Source: an uncultured candidatus Porisulfidus sp.
Lineage (GTDB): Bacteria > Pseudomonadota > Gammaproteobacteria > Poriferisulfidales > Poriferisulfidaceae
Direction of reading: 5' to 3'
NCBI GenBank assembly: GCA_965199755.1
Contig: CBDASZ010000002.1
Location: 32,001-96,000 of the forward strand
DNA length: 64,000 nucleotides
Under the pieces are notes generated by a model. The model saw only the letters and a list, made by a program, of their open reading frames with translations. It had not been told where the DNA came from and did no database searches. The stretch's first letter is position 1. Every line of letters begins with the position of its first letter. Below, in pieces: positions 1 to 9,050 of this stretch. A program made the position numbers and the translations under genes.

Positions 1-680
1 TTGCCGCTGCGGAGATCCTGCAGATGAACTTGCGCCTGTCCCCGTTCCAGCGACACGTAGGCGAGACTCTTGCCGTCCGGCGACCACACCGGCGACAGCA
101 AGGGCTGCACTGAGGACAGAATCGACACCGGATTGTGGCCGTCCACATCGCATACGTACAGGGTATAGGTCAGTTTTCGGCCGCTGCCGGTGCGCCGAAT
201 ATAGGCCAACCGCGTATCAAACGCGCCCGGTACGTCAGTGAGATACTCGTGCACCGAATCCGCCAACTGATGCGCCAGCCGCCGCCACAAGCGCTGCGGT
301 CCGACGAAGCGTTTGCCGGGCAAGGCCTCACCGTTCATCAAATCCCAGATACGGTAGCTGACTTCGATGCGATCGCCTGCTTGCCGCACGTGTGTGCCGA
401 TCACATATTCGGCATCGGTCTTCCGCCATTGCGCCACATCAAAATCACGCGCACTCAGACTCGACAGCGTGCCTCGGTGCTGGTTGTGCACCTGAAACAG
501 ACCACTGCGCGACAGATCGGCACTCACCACACCTGCCACCTCTCGCGCTGCATCCCCGGCCGCGGCGACCGCCACGGCAATTCCACTAGTCGCACCTTGG
601 CGCACATCCACGCGAATCTCTTCCTCGGCACTCGCGGGCACGAAAACCAATAACAAAAATACTCCCAGAACTACGCGCAT
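1..680 (-). CDS. tolB: Tol-Pal beta-propeller protein TolB (runs off the left edge)
   Basis: Manual translation from ATG at 680 gives MRVVLGVFLLLVFVPASA (signal peptide)...VVSADLSRSGLF (TolB N-domain motif). Directly downstream of tolA. Absent from the ORF track because its stop lies outside the window. Confidence 0.9.
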   Translation of the reverse strand, partial: MRVVLGVFLLLVFVPASAEEEIRVDVRQGATSGIAVAVAAAGDAAREVAGVVSADLSRSGLFQVHNQHRGTLSSLSARDFDVAQWRKTDAEYVIGTHVRQAGDRIEVSYRIWDLMNGEALPGKRFVGPQRLWRRLAHQLADSVHEYLTDVPGAFDTRLAYIRRTGSGRKLTYTLYVCDVDGHNPVSILSSVQPLLSPVWSPDGKSLAYVSLERGQAQVHLQDLRSG

Positions 681-681
681 G

Positions 682-1482
682 CTAGCTGCCGCTCCCCGGA
701 TAGAAGATCACAACCAGAGTATGGTCAAGCAACTCCGCCTTCGGCGGCTCCGGCAGCGGGCTTGCCTTCAGTACCGCTTTGTGCAGTGATTCCTGCCACG
801 CCTGCGAAGCGGCGCAGTCCCGAATCACGGCAGACAGCACTTCGCCTTTGCGATTTTGTTTCACCACCACTTCGCACGGCTTGCGGCTGACGGTGGGTGG
901 CTGCACCCACACCCGTTTGATGCGCGTCTTGATCGCGGTCTTCCAAGCATCAATCTGGCGTGCCAGTCGCACCGCTTCACGCTGGTCAGTCAGACGCTGT
1001 TGCTTGCGGCGGGCTTGCGCCGCCTGTTCGGCGCGACGCAACTCCTCGCGAGCCGCTTTGGCCGCCGCGTCGGCTTCCTTGCGCTTTCGTTCCGCCTCAG
1101 CCGCCTGACGCTGGGCTTCTTTTTTCTTGCGTTTGGCTTCTTCGGCCTTGCGCTTTTCCGCCGCCTGACGCTTCTCTTCCTCGCGCTTCTTCTTGCGTTC
1201 CTCGGCTTGGCGCTTCGCCTCCGCTTTTGCCGCAGCTTCCTGACGGCGGCGTTCTTCCGCTTCACGCAAGGCACGCTGGTATGCTTCACGCCGTCGTTCC
1301 AGTTCCTGCGCATCCATGGCCTGCACCCGCACCGCTTCAGCCGCAGGCGGTATCGGAATGCTTGATTGCACTGGCGTGTGAGCGAATTGCACGCCGATAA
1401 AAATCAGCGCATGCAGCACGATGGCGCCAATCCAGGCAGCCTTGCTGATCTCAATCTGTTGCGGCGTTACGCGTTGCCGCAT
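682..1482 (-). CDS. tolA: Tol-Pal protein TolA
   Basis: N-terminal TM helix with LHALI, an Ala/Lys/Glu/Arg-rich helical stalk, and a TonB_C-like C-terminus (KASPLPEPP); lies between tolR and tolB. Confidence 0.9.
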   Translation of the reverse strand: MRQRVTPQQIEISKAAWIGAIVLHALIFIGVQFAHTPVQSSIPIPPAAEAVRVQAMDAQELERRREAYQRALREAEERRRQEAAAKAEAKRQAEERKKKREEEKRQAAEKRKAEEAKRKKKEAQRQAAEAERKRKEADAAAKAAREELRRAEQAAQARRKQQRLTDQREAVRLARQIDAWKTAIKTRIKRVWVQPPTVSRKPCEVVVKQNRKGEVLSAVIRDCAASQAWQESLHKAVLKASPLPEPPKAELLDHTLVVIFYPGSGS

Positions 1483-1485
1483 GAG

Positions 1486-1908
1486 TTATTCCTCTTCCAG
1501 CGGCGGCCGCGTCAGCAAACTCAGTGAGGTGACGCCCGCCTCGTTCAAGCGGGCCACTGCGCCCACCACCTCGCCGTAAGGCAGGCGTGCGTCGGCGCGC
1601 AGATACAGCACGCTATCGCCTCCTTCCAGCATCATGGCTTCCACCAGCGATGGCAGATCGATTTCCTCGACCGCGCGTGAGAAAGCGCCTTCGCGAATCA
1701 GTCGAAAGGTACCGTCCTGATCCATTTCCAGCACCAGCGGCTCACGATATTCCGAGGTCTCGATCGGTTCCGATGGCGCGGCCGGCAATTCGATATTCAC
1801 GCCTTGCTGCATCAATGGCGTCGCGATCATGAAGATCAGCAGCAACACCAGCATGACATCGATATACGGCACGATGTTGATCTGTGCGATCTGGCGGCGG
1901 CGCGGCAT
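1486..1908 (-). CDS. tolR: TolR
   Basis: QINIVPYIDVMLVLLLIFMIATP and LRADARLPYGEV motifs. Confidence 0.93.
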   Translation of the reverse strand: MPRRRQIAQINIVPYIDVMLVLLLIFMIATPLMQQGVNIELPAAPSEPIETSEYREPLVLEMDQDGTFRLIREGAFSRAVEEIDLPSLVEAMMLEGGDSVLYLRADARLPYGEVVGAVARLNEAGVTSLSLLTRPPLEEE

Positions 1909-1917
1909 GGCGGTGCC

Positions 1918-2604
1918 TCAGTTTGACGTCGGGCGAGTCAGCGTTTCGCGCTGTAACAACGCGGTGAACTCTTCAACGAAGGTGTCGTACCGCGTCAGCA
2001 GCTTGTCGACACGCTCCACATAATAGTTGTATCCAACGAGCGCCGGGATGGCGGCGAACAGGCCGAGCGCAGTCGCGATCAGCGCCTCGGAAATACCCGG
2101 CGCGATAGTCGCCAGCATGGAGGAGCCCTGCAGCGGATCCAGTGAATGGAAGGCATTGATGATGCCCCACACCGTGCCGAACAGACCGATATAAGGACTG
2201 ACCGAACCGATTGTCGCCAACATTGGCAGGTGCCGCTCCAGATATTCGGCCTGCTGCACCAGCAGCACTTTCATCTTGCGCACCGAGGTGTGACCAATCG
2301 CTTCGGGCGACAACTGGTTGCTCCGCGCCAGCTGCACGTACGCGCGAAATCCGGTGATAAAGGTCTCTTCCGGGATGGTGCGCACTTCGCTGGCGCGCAA
2401 TCTTTCGTACAGCGAGGTCAATTCGACGCCCTGCCAGAAGTTATCATCAAAGACGCGCAGCTCATCTTCCTGTGTGCGCATGACGCGCGACTTGTTGAAG
2501 ATGACGGCCCAGGACACCAGCGACGCGAGACCCAGCACCACCATGACGGCCTGCACCACCATGGAGGCCTGCGCAAACATGCCCCAGAAAGAAAACTCAT
2601 GCAT
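1918..2604 (-). CDS. tolQ: TolQ
   Basis: LATIGSVSPYIGLFGTVWGI and APGISEALIATALGLFAAIPA motifs. Confidence 0.95.
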   Translation of the reverse strand: MHEFSFWGMFAQASMVVQAVMVVLGLASLVSWAVIFNKSRVMRTQEDELRVFDDNFWQGVELTSLYERLRASEVRTIPEETFITGFRAYVQLARSNQLSPEAIGHTSVRKMKVLLVQQAEYLERHLPMLATIGSVSPYIGLFGTVWGIINAFHSLDPLQGSSMLATIAPGISEALIATALGLFAAIPALVGYNYYVERVDKLLTRYDTFVEEFTALLQRETLTRPTSN

Positions 2605-2995
2605 TATTCACTGCTCCTGTGCGAATCGCTTCCGGCATCGTCGCCGGTCGCTCGGTTTCTGTATTCATGCAGGCGAGCCGCACCTCGGCCGTCGCCAGAC
2701 ACGTCTCATCACGCCAGACGGACTGCTCGAAATCCAGCGATGCCGGCCCACTGTCGCACAACTGTGTGCGCACCGCCAAAGCCTCATCCAGATGTCCGGG
2801 TTTCAGGTAGCGCACCTGCAACTCCCGCACCGCGAATGCCAGTTGTTGTTCCTGCTCAAGTTGCGCCAGCGAAAAGCCCAAAGCACGCAGCCATTCGGTC
2901 CGGCCCCGATCCAGATAGCGGATCAGAGACGCATGGTACAGCACCCCACCTGAGTCGGTGTCTTCGTAATACACCCGCACGGTGATGTCGCTCAT
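2597..2995 (-). CDS. ybgC: Tol-Pal-associated acyl-CoA thioesterase
   Basis: [15 protein letters not shown] hotdog-fold motif; conserved position between ruvB and tolQ. Confidence 0.92.
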   Translation of the reverse strand: MSDITVRVYYEDTDSGGVLYHASLIRYLDRGRTEWLRALGFSLAQLEQEQQLAFAVRELQVRYLKPGHLDEALAVRTQLCDSGPASLDFEQSVWRDETCLATAEVRLACMNTETERPATMPEAIRTGAVNNA

Positions 2996-4029
2996 GAATC
3001 CTGCTTCGCTGACAGCGGCAACTGTCCGCTCTCTGAGGCCGGAATCTTCAAGTGCGCGCGCGCGTCATCGGTGATCACCCGACCGCGCGGCGTCCGCATC
3101 AGAAAGCCCATCTGAATCAGGTACGGCTCCACCACGTCCTCAAGCGTGCCACGTTCTTCATTGAGCGCCACCGAAAGGCTGTCAATCCCGACCGGCCCAC
3201 CGCGAAACTTGCTGATGATGGCGCGCAAATACGCCCGATCCAGTTCGTCAATGCCACATCGATCGACGTGCAGAAACTCCAGCGCCTGCTCCGCTAGCGC
3301 CGCGTTGATGCGCCCATCCGCGCGTACTTCGGCGTAATCCCGCACCCGCCGCAGCAGACGATTGGCAATTCGTGGCGTGCCGCGTGCGCGCCGCCCAATC
3401 TCCTCAGCCCCCGCATCATCCAGCACAATGTCGAGGATCTCCGCCGAACGTTTCACAATCTGCGCCAGATCTTCCGGCGCATAGAAATTCAACCGCCCCA
3501 GAATGCCAAAGCGCGACAGCAGCGGTGCAGTCAACAAGCCGGCTCGCGTGGTAGCACCGACCAGTGTGAAGTCTGGCAAGTCAATCTGAATGGAGCGTGC
3601 GGCCGCGCCCTCTCCGATCATCAGGTCAATCTGGCGATCCTCCAGCGCCGGGTAGAGAATTTCCTCAACCGCCGGCTGTAAACGATGAATCTCATCAATA
3701 AACAGCACGTCGCCGGGCTGCAAACTGGTCATAATCGCGGCCAGATCGCCGCCGCGCTCCAGCACCGGCCCGGAAGACTGCCGCAGTTGTCCTTCCATTT
3801 CATGCGCCACGATATGCGACAGTGTGGTCTTGCCAAGTCCAGGTGGCCCGAACACCAACACATGATCAAGTGCGCGTCGACGGCGGCGCGCCGCCTCGAT
3901 AAACACCCCCAGTTGCTCACGCAATTCGGCCTGACCGACAAATTCGTCCAGCCGCTTCGGGCGGACGCTGCGCTCTTGCGCCGCCTCGCCCACCGCCGCT
4001 TCGCGAGCCAGCAATCCAGGCTCACTCAT
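2992..4029 (-). CDS. ruvB: Holliday junction helicase RuvB
   Basis: Walker [24 protein letters not shown] and [13 protein letters not shown] motifs. Confidence 0.98.
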   Translation of the reverse strand: MSEPGLLAREAAVGEAAQERSVRPKRLDEFVGQAELREQLGVFIEAARRRRRALDHVLVFGPPGLGKTTLSHIVAHEMEGQLRQSSGPVLERGGDLAAIMTSLQPGDVLFIDEIHRLQPAVEEILYPALEDRQIDLMIGEGAAARSIQIDLPDFTLVGATTRAGLLTAPLLSRFGILGRLNFYAPEDLAQIVKRSAEILDIVLDDAGAEEIGRRARGTPRIANRLLRRVRDYAEVRADGRINAALAEQALEFLHVDRCGIDELDRAYLRAIISKFRGGPVGIDSLSVALNEERGTLEDVVEPYLIQMGFLMRTPRGRVITDDARAHLKIPASESGQLPLSAKQDS

Positions 4030-4604
4030 CGCATGCTCGCCTGCAAGGCGTGTCGAATAAGTTCTTCAGTGCTGTCGGCATCACCTTCCACGGCCGCCAC
4101 CATCCGCTGCGCTTCCGCCGGCTTCCAGCCCAATCCGATGAGCGCCTGCACCGCATCAGTGACCGGCGAGGGTTCTGCGGCATCCGCCTCCGCTGCCGTC
4201 CCCGTGTCAAGTTTGTCTCTCAATTCCAGCAACAGCCGTTGCGCGCTTTTCTTGCCAATGCCCGGTACCTGAGTCAGCGCCGCGACATCGCCATGCGCGA
4301 CATGATGGCGTAGGCGCGCCTCCGGCAGCACCGACAGAATCGCCAGCGCGGTCTTGGCTCCCACTCCTGAAATGCGCATCAACTGACAAAATATCTGGCG
4401 TTCTTCGGGTCCCGCGAATCCGTACAGGGTATGCGCATCCTCTCGAACAACCAGCAAGGTGTGCAGGATCACCTGATCGGTGTTTTGTGGCAGTTTATCA
4501 AATGCCGACATGGTCGCCAGCACCTGATAGCCAACACCATTCACTTCGATGTCCAGCTCCGGCGGTGCCCGGCGCGTCACTACCCCGCGCAAATAACTGA
4601 TCAT
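4026..4604 (-). CDS. ruvA: Holliday junction binding protein RuvA
   Basis: MISYLRG start (ATG at 4604 overlapping the ruvC stop), [17 protein letters not shown] and Hh[12 protein letters not shown]. Confidence 0.96.
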   Translation of the reverse strand: MISYLRGVVTRRAPPELDIEVNGVGYQVLATMSAFDKLPQNTDQVILHTLLVVREDAHTLYGFAGPEERQIFCQLMRISGVGAKTALAILSVLPEARLRHHVAHGDVAALTQVPGIGKKSAQRLLLELRDKLDTGTAAEADAAEPSPVTDAVQALIGLGWKPAEAQRMVAAVEGDADSTEELIRHALQASMR

Positions 4605-5098
4605 GCGGCGAACTCCTCCATATTCGTGCGCCGACTGTGCGCGTGACACAGCGCTAGTCCCAGCGCATCGGCTTCATCCGCTTGCGGCTCGGAAGTCAAA
4701 TTTAACAGACGCTGCACCATGAAATTGACCTGTTCCTTTTCGGCCTGCCCCTGTCCGGTGATATTGAGTTTCATGGTTCGCGGCGAATACTCAAACACCT
4801 CCAAGTCTTCCAGAGCGCAAGCACTGATCAGAGCACCGCGCGCCTGCCCCAACTTGAGCGCAATGCCACTGTTGAGCGCCACAAAAGAGGTCTCAATGGA
4901 GGCGCAATTCGGCTGATGCGCGCAAATCACACCGGTAAATTCCCGATGCAGAAATCCCAAACGCTGCGCCATCGTGCCCTTGGGCGGGCGAATCTGACCA
5001 CTGACAATATAGCGATGCCGATGACCGTCCGTTTCGATCACGCCGTAGCCGGTACAGCGCAAGCCCGGATCAATGCCCACAATGCGCAGCATACTCAC
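4601..5098 (-). CDS. ruvC: Holliday junction resolvase RuvC
   Basis: GIDPG, KLGQARG and DEADAL catalytic motifs. Confidence 0.96.
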   Translation of the reverse strand: MSMLRIVGIDPGLRCTGYGVIETDGHRHRYIVSGQIRPPKGTMAQRLGFLHREFTGVICAHQPNCASIETSFVALNSGIALKLGQARGALISACALEDLEVFEYSPRTMKLNITGQGQAEKEQVNFMVQRLLNLTSEPQADEADALGLALCHAHSRRTNMEEFAA

Positions 5099-5832
5099 TC
5101 CTCGGCATCATCCGGCAGTTGCGCGTTCACGTAGACTTCCTGCACATCATCAAGTTCTTCCAGATGCTCAAGCAGGCGTTGCACACTCTCGGCCTGCGCA
5201 GCCTCCAGTTCCACCAGTGTCTGCGCGCGCATGGTGACCTCGGCATGATCGGCCGGCAGCGACGCCGCCCCCATAGACTCCTTGACAGATAGAAAATCCT
5301 GCGGCGGCACCAGTACTTCCAGCGACTCATCCTCGCGCATCTCCACATCTTCGGCTCCTGCCTCAATGGCCGCCTCCATCACCGCATCGGCATCAGTGCC
5401 GGGTGCGTACACCAACACGCCGGTCGCCTCAAACAGGTAGGTCACCGAGCCGCTGTTGCCGAGACTGCCGCCGTATTTAGTCAGCGCATGGCGAATCTCC
5501 GAAACCGTGCGGTTGCGGTTGTCGCTCAAGCAATCAATCAGCACCGCCACTCCACCCGGACCATAGCCTTCATAGCGGATCTCTTCGTAGTCGGCACCGT
5601 CCGCATCACCGCTGCCGCGCTTGATCGCGCGCGTCAGGGTGTCTTTGGGCATGTTGGCGGCCTGCGCCTTGTCCAGCGCCAGACGCAGCCGAGGATTATC
5701 TTCCGGGTTCGGGCCGCCGGTGCGCGCTGCCACCATCACTTCCCGAATCAGCTTCGAAAACAATTTGCCGCGCTTGGCATCCTGCCGCTTCTTGCGATGC
5801 TGGATGTTGGCCCATTTGCTGTGTCCTGCCAT
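5095..5832 (-). CDS. yebC: YebC/PmpR family protein
   Basis: MAGHSKWANIQHRK, YEGYGPGG and DNRNRT motifs. Confidence 0.96.
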   Translation of the reverse strand: MAGHSKWANIQHRKKRQDAKRGKLFSKLIREVMVAARTGGPNPEDNPRLRLALDKAQAANMPKDTLTRAIKRGSGDADGADYEEIRYEGYGPGGVAVLIDCLSDNRNRTVSEIRHALTKYGGSLGNSGSVTYLFEATGVLVYAPGTDADAVMEAAIEAGAEDVEMREDESLEVLVPPQDFLSVKESMGAASLPADHAEVTMRAQTLVELEAAQAESVQRLLEHLEELDDVQEVYVNAQLPDDAEE

Positions 5833-5871
5833 GATCGCGCAACCGGAAAATGCGACTGCCGATGAATCTTA

Positions 5872-6324
5872 TCAATTCGCGCGTGACGGAACCGGCACCC
5901 AGTCCAAAATCGCCTGTCGATTGGTATAAGATGACGCTCGCCGCGCAGCATCCACGCGCGGCAGCCAGGTGTACTCCGCATGCTCCTCAGCATCCAGCAC
6001 TACCGGACAGACCGCCGCCACCGGCAGGCGAAAGACATGCTCCCGGTTATGCGTGACATCCGGGGCGTAACGCGCGCGAAAAATATCGTAGATCTCGAAC
6101 AGACAGCTGTCTTGGCAATCCTCGATTGCGCTTGGGTCCATTCCAGTTTCTTCCTGCACTTCGCGCCGCGCGGCCTCAATCGGCTCTTCCTCCCATTCCA
6201 GACTGCCAGTCACTGACTGCCAAAAGGTCGGCGGCTGATGCCGGCGCAACATCAGCACCTGGGCATCTTCCTCACTGTAAATCAGCACCAACACCGACTC
6301 CGGGCGCTTGTGCGAAGATGTCAT
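5872..6324 (-). CDS. nudB: Dihydroneopterin triphosphate diphosphatase (Nudix)
   Basis: [18 protein letters not shown] and Nudix box [11 protein letters not shown]; conserved aspS-nudB-yebC order. Confidence 0.92.
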   Translation of the reverse strand: MTSSHKRPESVLVLIYSEEDAQVLMLRRHQPPTFWQSVTGSLEWEEEPIEAARREVQEETGMDPSAIEDCQDSCLFEIYDIFRARYAPDVTHNREHVFRLPVAAVCPVVLDAEEHAEYTWLPRVDAARRASSYTNRQAILDWVPVPSRAN

Positions 6325-8096
6325 TGCAGCGGCTCCACACGCTTCAGGTGCAATTCGCGCAACTGCTCCCCTTCAACCTGTTCGGGCGCGCCCGTCAACA
6401 GGCAGTTGGCGGTCTGTGTTTTAGGGAAGGCGATCACATCGCGAATCGCCGACGCGCCACTCAACAGCATCAGCAGACGATCAAAGCCGAAGGCAATGCC
6501 GCCATGCGGCGGGCAGCCGTAGCGCAAGGCATCCAGAAAGAAGCCAAATTTGGCGTGCGCTTGTGCAGCGTCAATACCCAGCAGCTCAAAAACTGCTTCC
6601 TGCATTTCCGAATGATGAATACGGATGGACCCACCGCCGACTTCCACGCCATTGATCACCATGTCATAGGCGCGCGCCAGCACCGCGCCCGGATCCGAGC
6701 GCAACTGCGCGGCATCCTCAACCGCAGGTGCGGTGAATGGATGGTGCATGGCCTGCCAACGCTTGGTGCGGGGGTCCTGTTCAAACAGCGGGAAATCCAC
6801 AACCCACAGCGGCTGCCAGCCTTCGTCCAGCAAGGACATATCCTGCGCCAGTTGGGTGCGCAAAAAGGCCAGAGACTGATTGACTATATCGGCACGATCC
6901 GCGCCAAATACCAGCAAGTCGCCATCGGCCGCCTCGGTGCGCTGCAATATGCCGTCGATCGCATCATCCGGCAGGAACTTCAGAAACCCGGCCTGCAACC
7001 CTTCGCGGCCCTGCCCGACCTGATGACACTTGATATAAGCCATGCCCTTCGCGCCATAAGGCTTAAGCGCTTCGGTGTAGGCATTGATCTGTCCCAGACT
7101 CATGTCGGCCGCACCAGGAATGCGCATCGCGGCCACTCGGCAGCCATCGCGATTGGCCGGCTCACGAAAGACCTTGAACTCCACTTCCGTCAGCAGATCC
7201 GCCACATCCAGCAGTTCCAGTCCGCGAATGCGCAAGTCTGGCCGGTCGCTACCAAAACGGCGCACCGCCTCGGCGTAACTCATTTTGGGAAACTCCGGCA
7301 GGTTGAACCCCGCTGTCTCGAAAAGCGCTCGTACCAGCCCCTCCATTAACTCCAGAATCTGCTCCTCGCGCAGGAAACTCGTCTCAATGTCAATCTGCGT
7401 GAATTCTGGCTGGCGATCCTGGCGCGGGTCTTCGTCTCGAAAGCAGCGCACAATCTGATAATAGCGATCCACACCACCCATCATCAGCATCTGCTTGAAC
7501 AACTGCGGGGACTGCGGCAAGGCGAAAAACGAGCCGGCGTGTGTGCGGCTGGGCACCAAATATTCGCGTGCGCCCTCTGGAGTCGCGCGCGTCAACATCG
7601 GCGTCTCAACTTCAAGGAAGTTATGCGTGTCCAGGTACTGGCGCGTAGCCGCCGCCACCTCCGCGCGCAGGCGCAAACGCTCCTGCATCACTGTACGACG
7701 CAGCTCCATATAACGAAAACGCAAGCGATGATCCTCATGCACGTTGGGATCATCCAGTTGATACGGCGGGGTTTCCGCCGTGTTCAGAATCTCCAGTTGC
7801 TCACACACCACCTCCACAGCGCCAGTTGGCAGCGTCTCGTTGACGGTGCCTTCCGGGCGCTCGCGCACAAGACCGCAAACTCTCAGCACAAATTCACTGC
7901 GCACTTCTTCAGCGCGTGCAAACAAGTGCGTCTGTTCCGGATTGACCACCACCTGAACCACGCCAGTGTGATCCCGCAAATCAATAAAAATAATGCCACC
8001 ATGGTCGCGGCGGCGGTTGACCCAGCCGGACAGGAACAGTTGCGTGCCTATATGCGACTCGCGGACTGTGCCGCAATAACAGCGCGCATCACTCAT
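6321..8096 (-). CDS. aspS: Aspartate--tRNA ligase (likely non-discriminating)
   Basis: [35 protein letters not shown] and [12 protein letters not shown]; start placed at the ATG at 8096 (MSDARCYCG). Confidence 0.97.
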   Translation of the reverse strand: MSDARCYCGTVRESHIGTQLFLSGWVNRRRDHGGIIFIDLRDHTGVVQVVVNPEQTHLFARAEEVRSEFVLRVCGLVRERPEGTVNETLPTGAVEVVCEQLEILNTAETPPYQLDDPNVHEDHRLRFRYMELRRTVMQERLRLRAEVAAATRQYLDTHNFLEVETPMLTRATPEGAREYLVPSRTHAGSFFALPQSPQLFKQMLMMGGVDRYYQIVRCFRDEDPRQDRQPEFTQIDIETSFLREEQILELMEGLVRALFETAGFNLPEFPKMSYAEAVRRFGSDRPDLRIRGLELLDVADLLTEVEFKVFREPANRDGCRVAAMRIPGAADMSLGQINAYTEALKPYGAKGMAYIKCHQVGQGREGLQAGFLKFLPDDAIDGILQRTEAADGDLLVFGADRADIVNQSLAFLRTQLAQDMSLLDEGWQPLWVVDFPLFEQDPRTKRWQAMHHPFTAPAVEDAAQLRSDPGAVLARAYDMVINGVEVGGGSIRIHHSEMQEAVFELLGIDAAQAHAKFGFFLDALRYGCPPHGGIAFGFDRLLMLLSGASAIRDVIAFPKTQTANCLLTGAPEQVEGEQLRELHLKRVEPLQ

Positions 8097-8226
8097 GGCG
8101 CGCTCCGCGTAACGGCCGCAGGCAGGCAACGGCGATCAATTCAGGTGCGGACATCAGGCGGCTCAGATGTGCTTGGAATGCGTATTGTGCAGCATCGCAC
8201 AGGCCTGCGTCTGTTCAAAGCCTTCG

Positions 8227-8251
8227 GCTTTCGCGTCATGCTCGCGAAAGC
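8227..8251 (-). terminator. Hairpin just downstream of erpA, possibly a weak terminator or RNA stability element
   Basis: Inverted repeat GCTTTCGCG-N7-CGCGAAAGC; no clear U-tract. Confidence 0.3.
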
Positions 8252-8270
8252 GCGCATCAGTGAGGAGCGC

Positions 8271-8639
8271 TTAGGGAGAGAACGAGGAGCCGCAACCGCA
8301 GGTGGTCGTGGCGTTGGGGTTGCGAATGACGAACTGCGCGCCTTCCAAGCCCTCGGTATAGTCGATTTCAGCACCGACCAGATACTGGAAGCTCATGGGG
8401 TCGATCAGCAGCGTTACGCCGCCGTTTTCGACCTCTGTGTCGCCTTCCTGAATGTTCTCGTCAAACGTAAAGCCGTACTGAAAGCCCGAGCAGCCTCCGC
8501 CGCTGACGAACACTCTCAGTTTGAGCGCGTCGTTGCGCTCTTCCTCGATCAGGCTTTTGACCTTGCCCGCGGCCGCGTCCGTGAAAATCAGCGGGGCCGC
8601 ATCGGCCATCGCGTCCGGCGCAATTGCAACATCAGTCAT
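8271..8639 (-). CDS. erpA: Iron-sulfur cluster insertion protein ErpA
   Basis: [17 protein letters not shown] and [14 protein letters not shown] motifs. Confidence 0.95.
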   Translation of the reverse strand: MTDVAIAPDAMADAAPLIFTDAAAGKVKSLIEEERNDALKLRVFVSGGGCSGFQYGFTFDENIQEGDTEVENGGVTLLIDPMSFQYLVGAEIDYTEGLEGAQFVIRNPNATTTCGCGSSFSP

Positions 8640-8674
8640 GGTGTTTTCGGTGTTGTGGCAACTTTGTACCTGTC

Positions 8675-8683
8675 ATTTTACCA
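8675..8683 (-). promoter_or_regulatory. Extended -10 sigma70 element for erpA
   Basis: TGGTAAAAT on the minus strand, about 35 nt upstream of the erpA ATG. Confidence 0.5.
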
Positions 8684-8738
8684 CGATGCGCAGTAGCAGG
8701 TGCAATTTTCATGCTCATTGCTGTGTGAGATGAAGACT

Positions 8739-8909
8739 TCACTCAAAGAACTGTGGATACTCGGTGGGCATACCTTTCCGAAGGTTTTTCTGGACTCTGC
8801 GTATTGATTCTGCCCAATTGCCAAGCAGAAATATTTTGGCCTCTAGCCAAGACCTTTTCTCGTTTTCCCTACACTTTCCCCAGTTAGAAATTTCTTTGTG
8901 AACGATCAT
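8739..8909 (-). other. 56-aa ORF of unknown status in an AT-richer intergenic island
   Basis: Manual translation MIVHKEISNWGKCRENEKRSWLEAKIFLLGNWAESIRRVQKNLRKGMPTEYPQFFE*; no recognisable family. Confidence 0.2.
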
Positions 8910-9050
8910 AAGTAAATAAGTGGTGGAAACCCATCTTTGCCGTCTACCTTATCACACCCTAAATGCACAAAAACTCCCCAGACAAGACTTGAATGTACAT
9001 CACATTTTATCCTGCGTTAAACTGGGAGGTTGGACTTTTTGCACGCCGTC

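Noticed and set aside
135-653. 172-aa plus-strand ORF at the window start
   Set aside because: Antisense shadow of tolB, which has a recognisable signal peptide and motif on the minus strand.
1000-1310. Repetitive GCC/TTC-rich stretch
   Set aside because: Encodes the normal Ala/Lys/Glu-rich helical stalk of TolA; not a DNA repeat array.
6126-8696. Long plus-strand ORFs (407 aa and 385 aa) opposite nudB/aspS/erpA
   Set aside because: Stop-poor antisense frames expected in GC-rich coding DNA; no motifs. The same applies to the many other shadow ORFs in the track.
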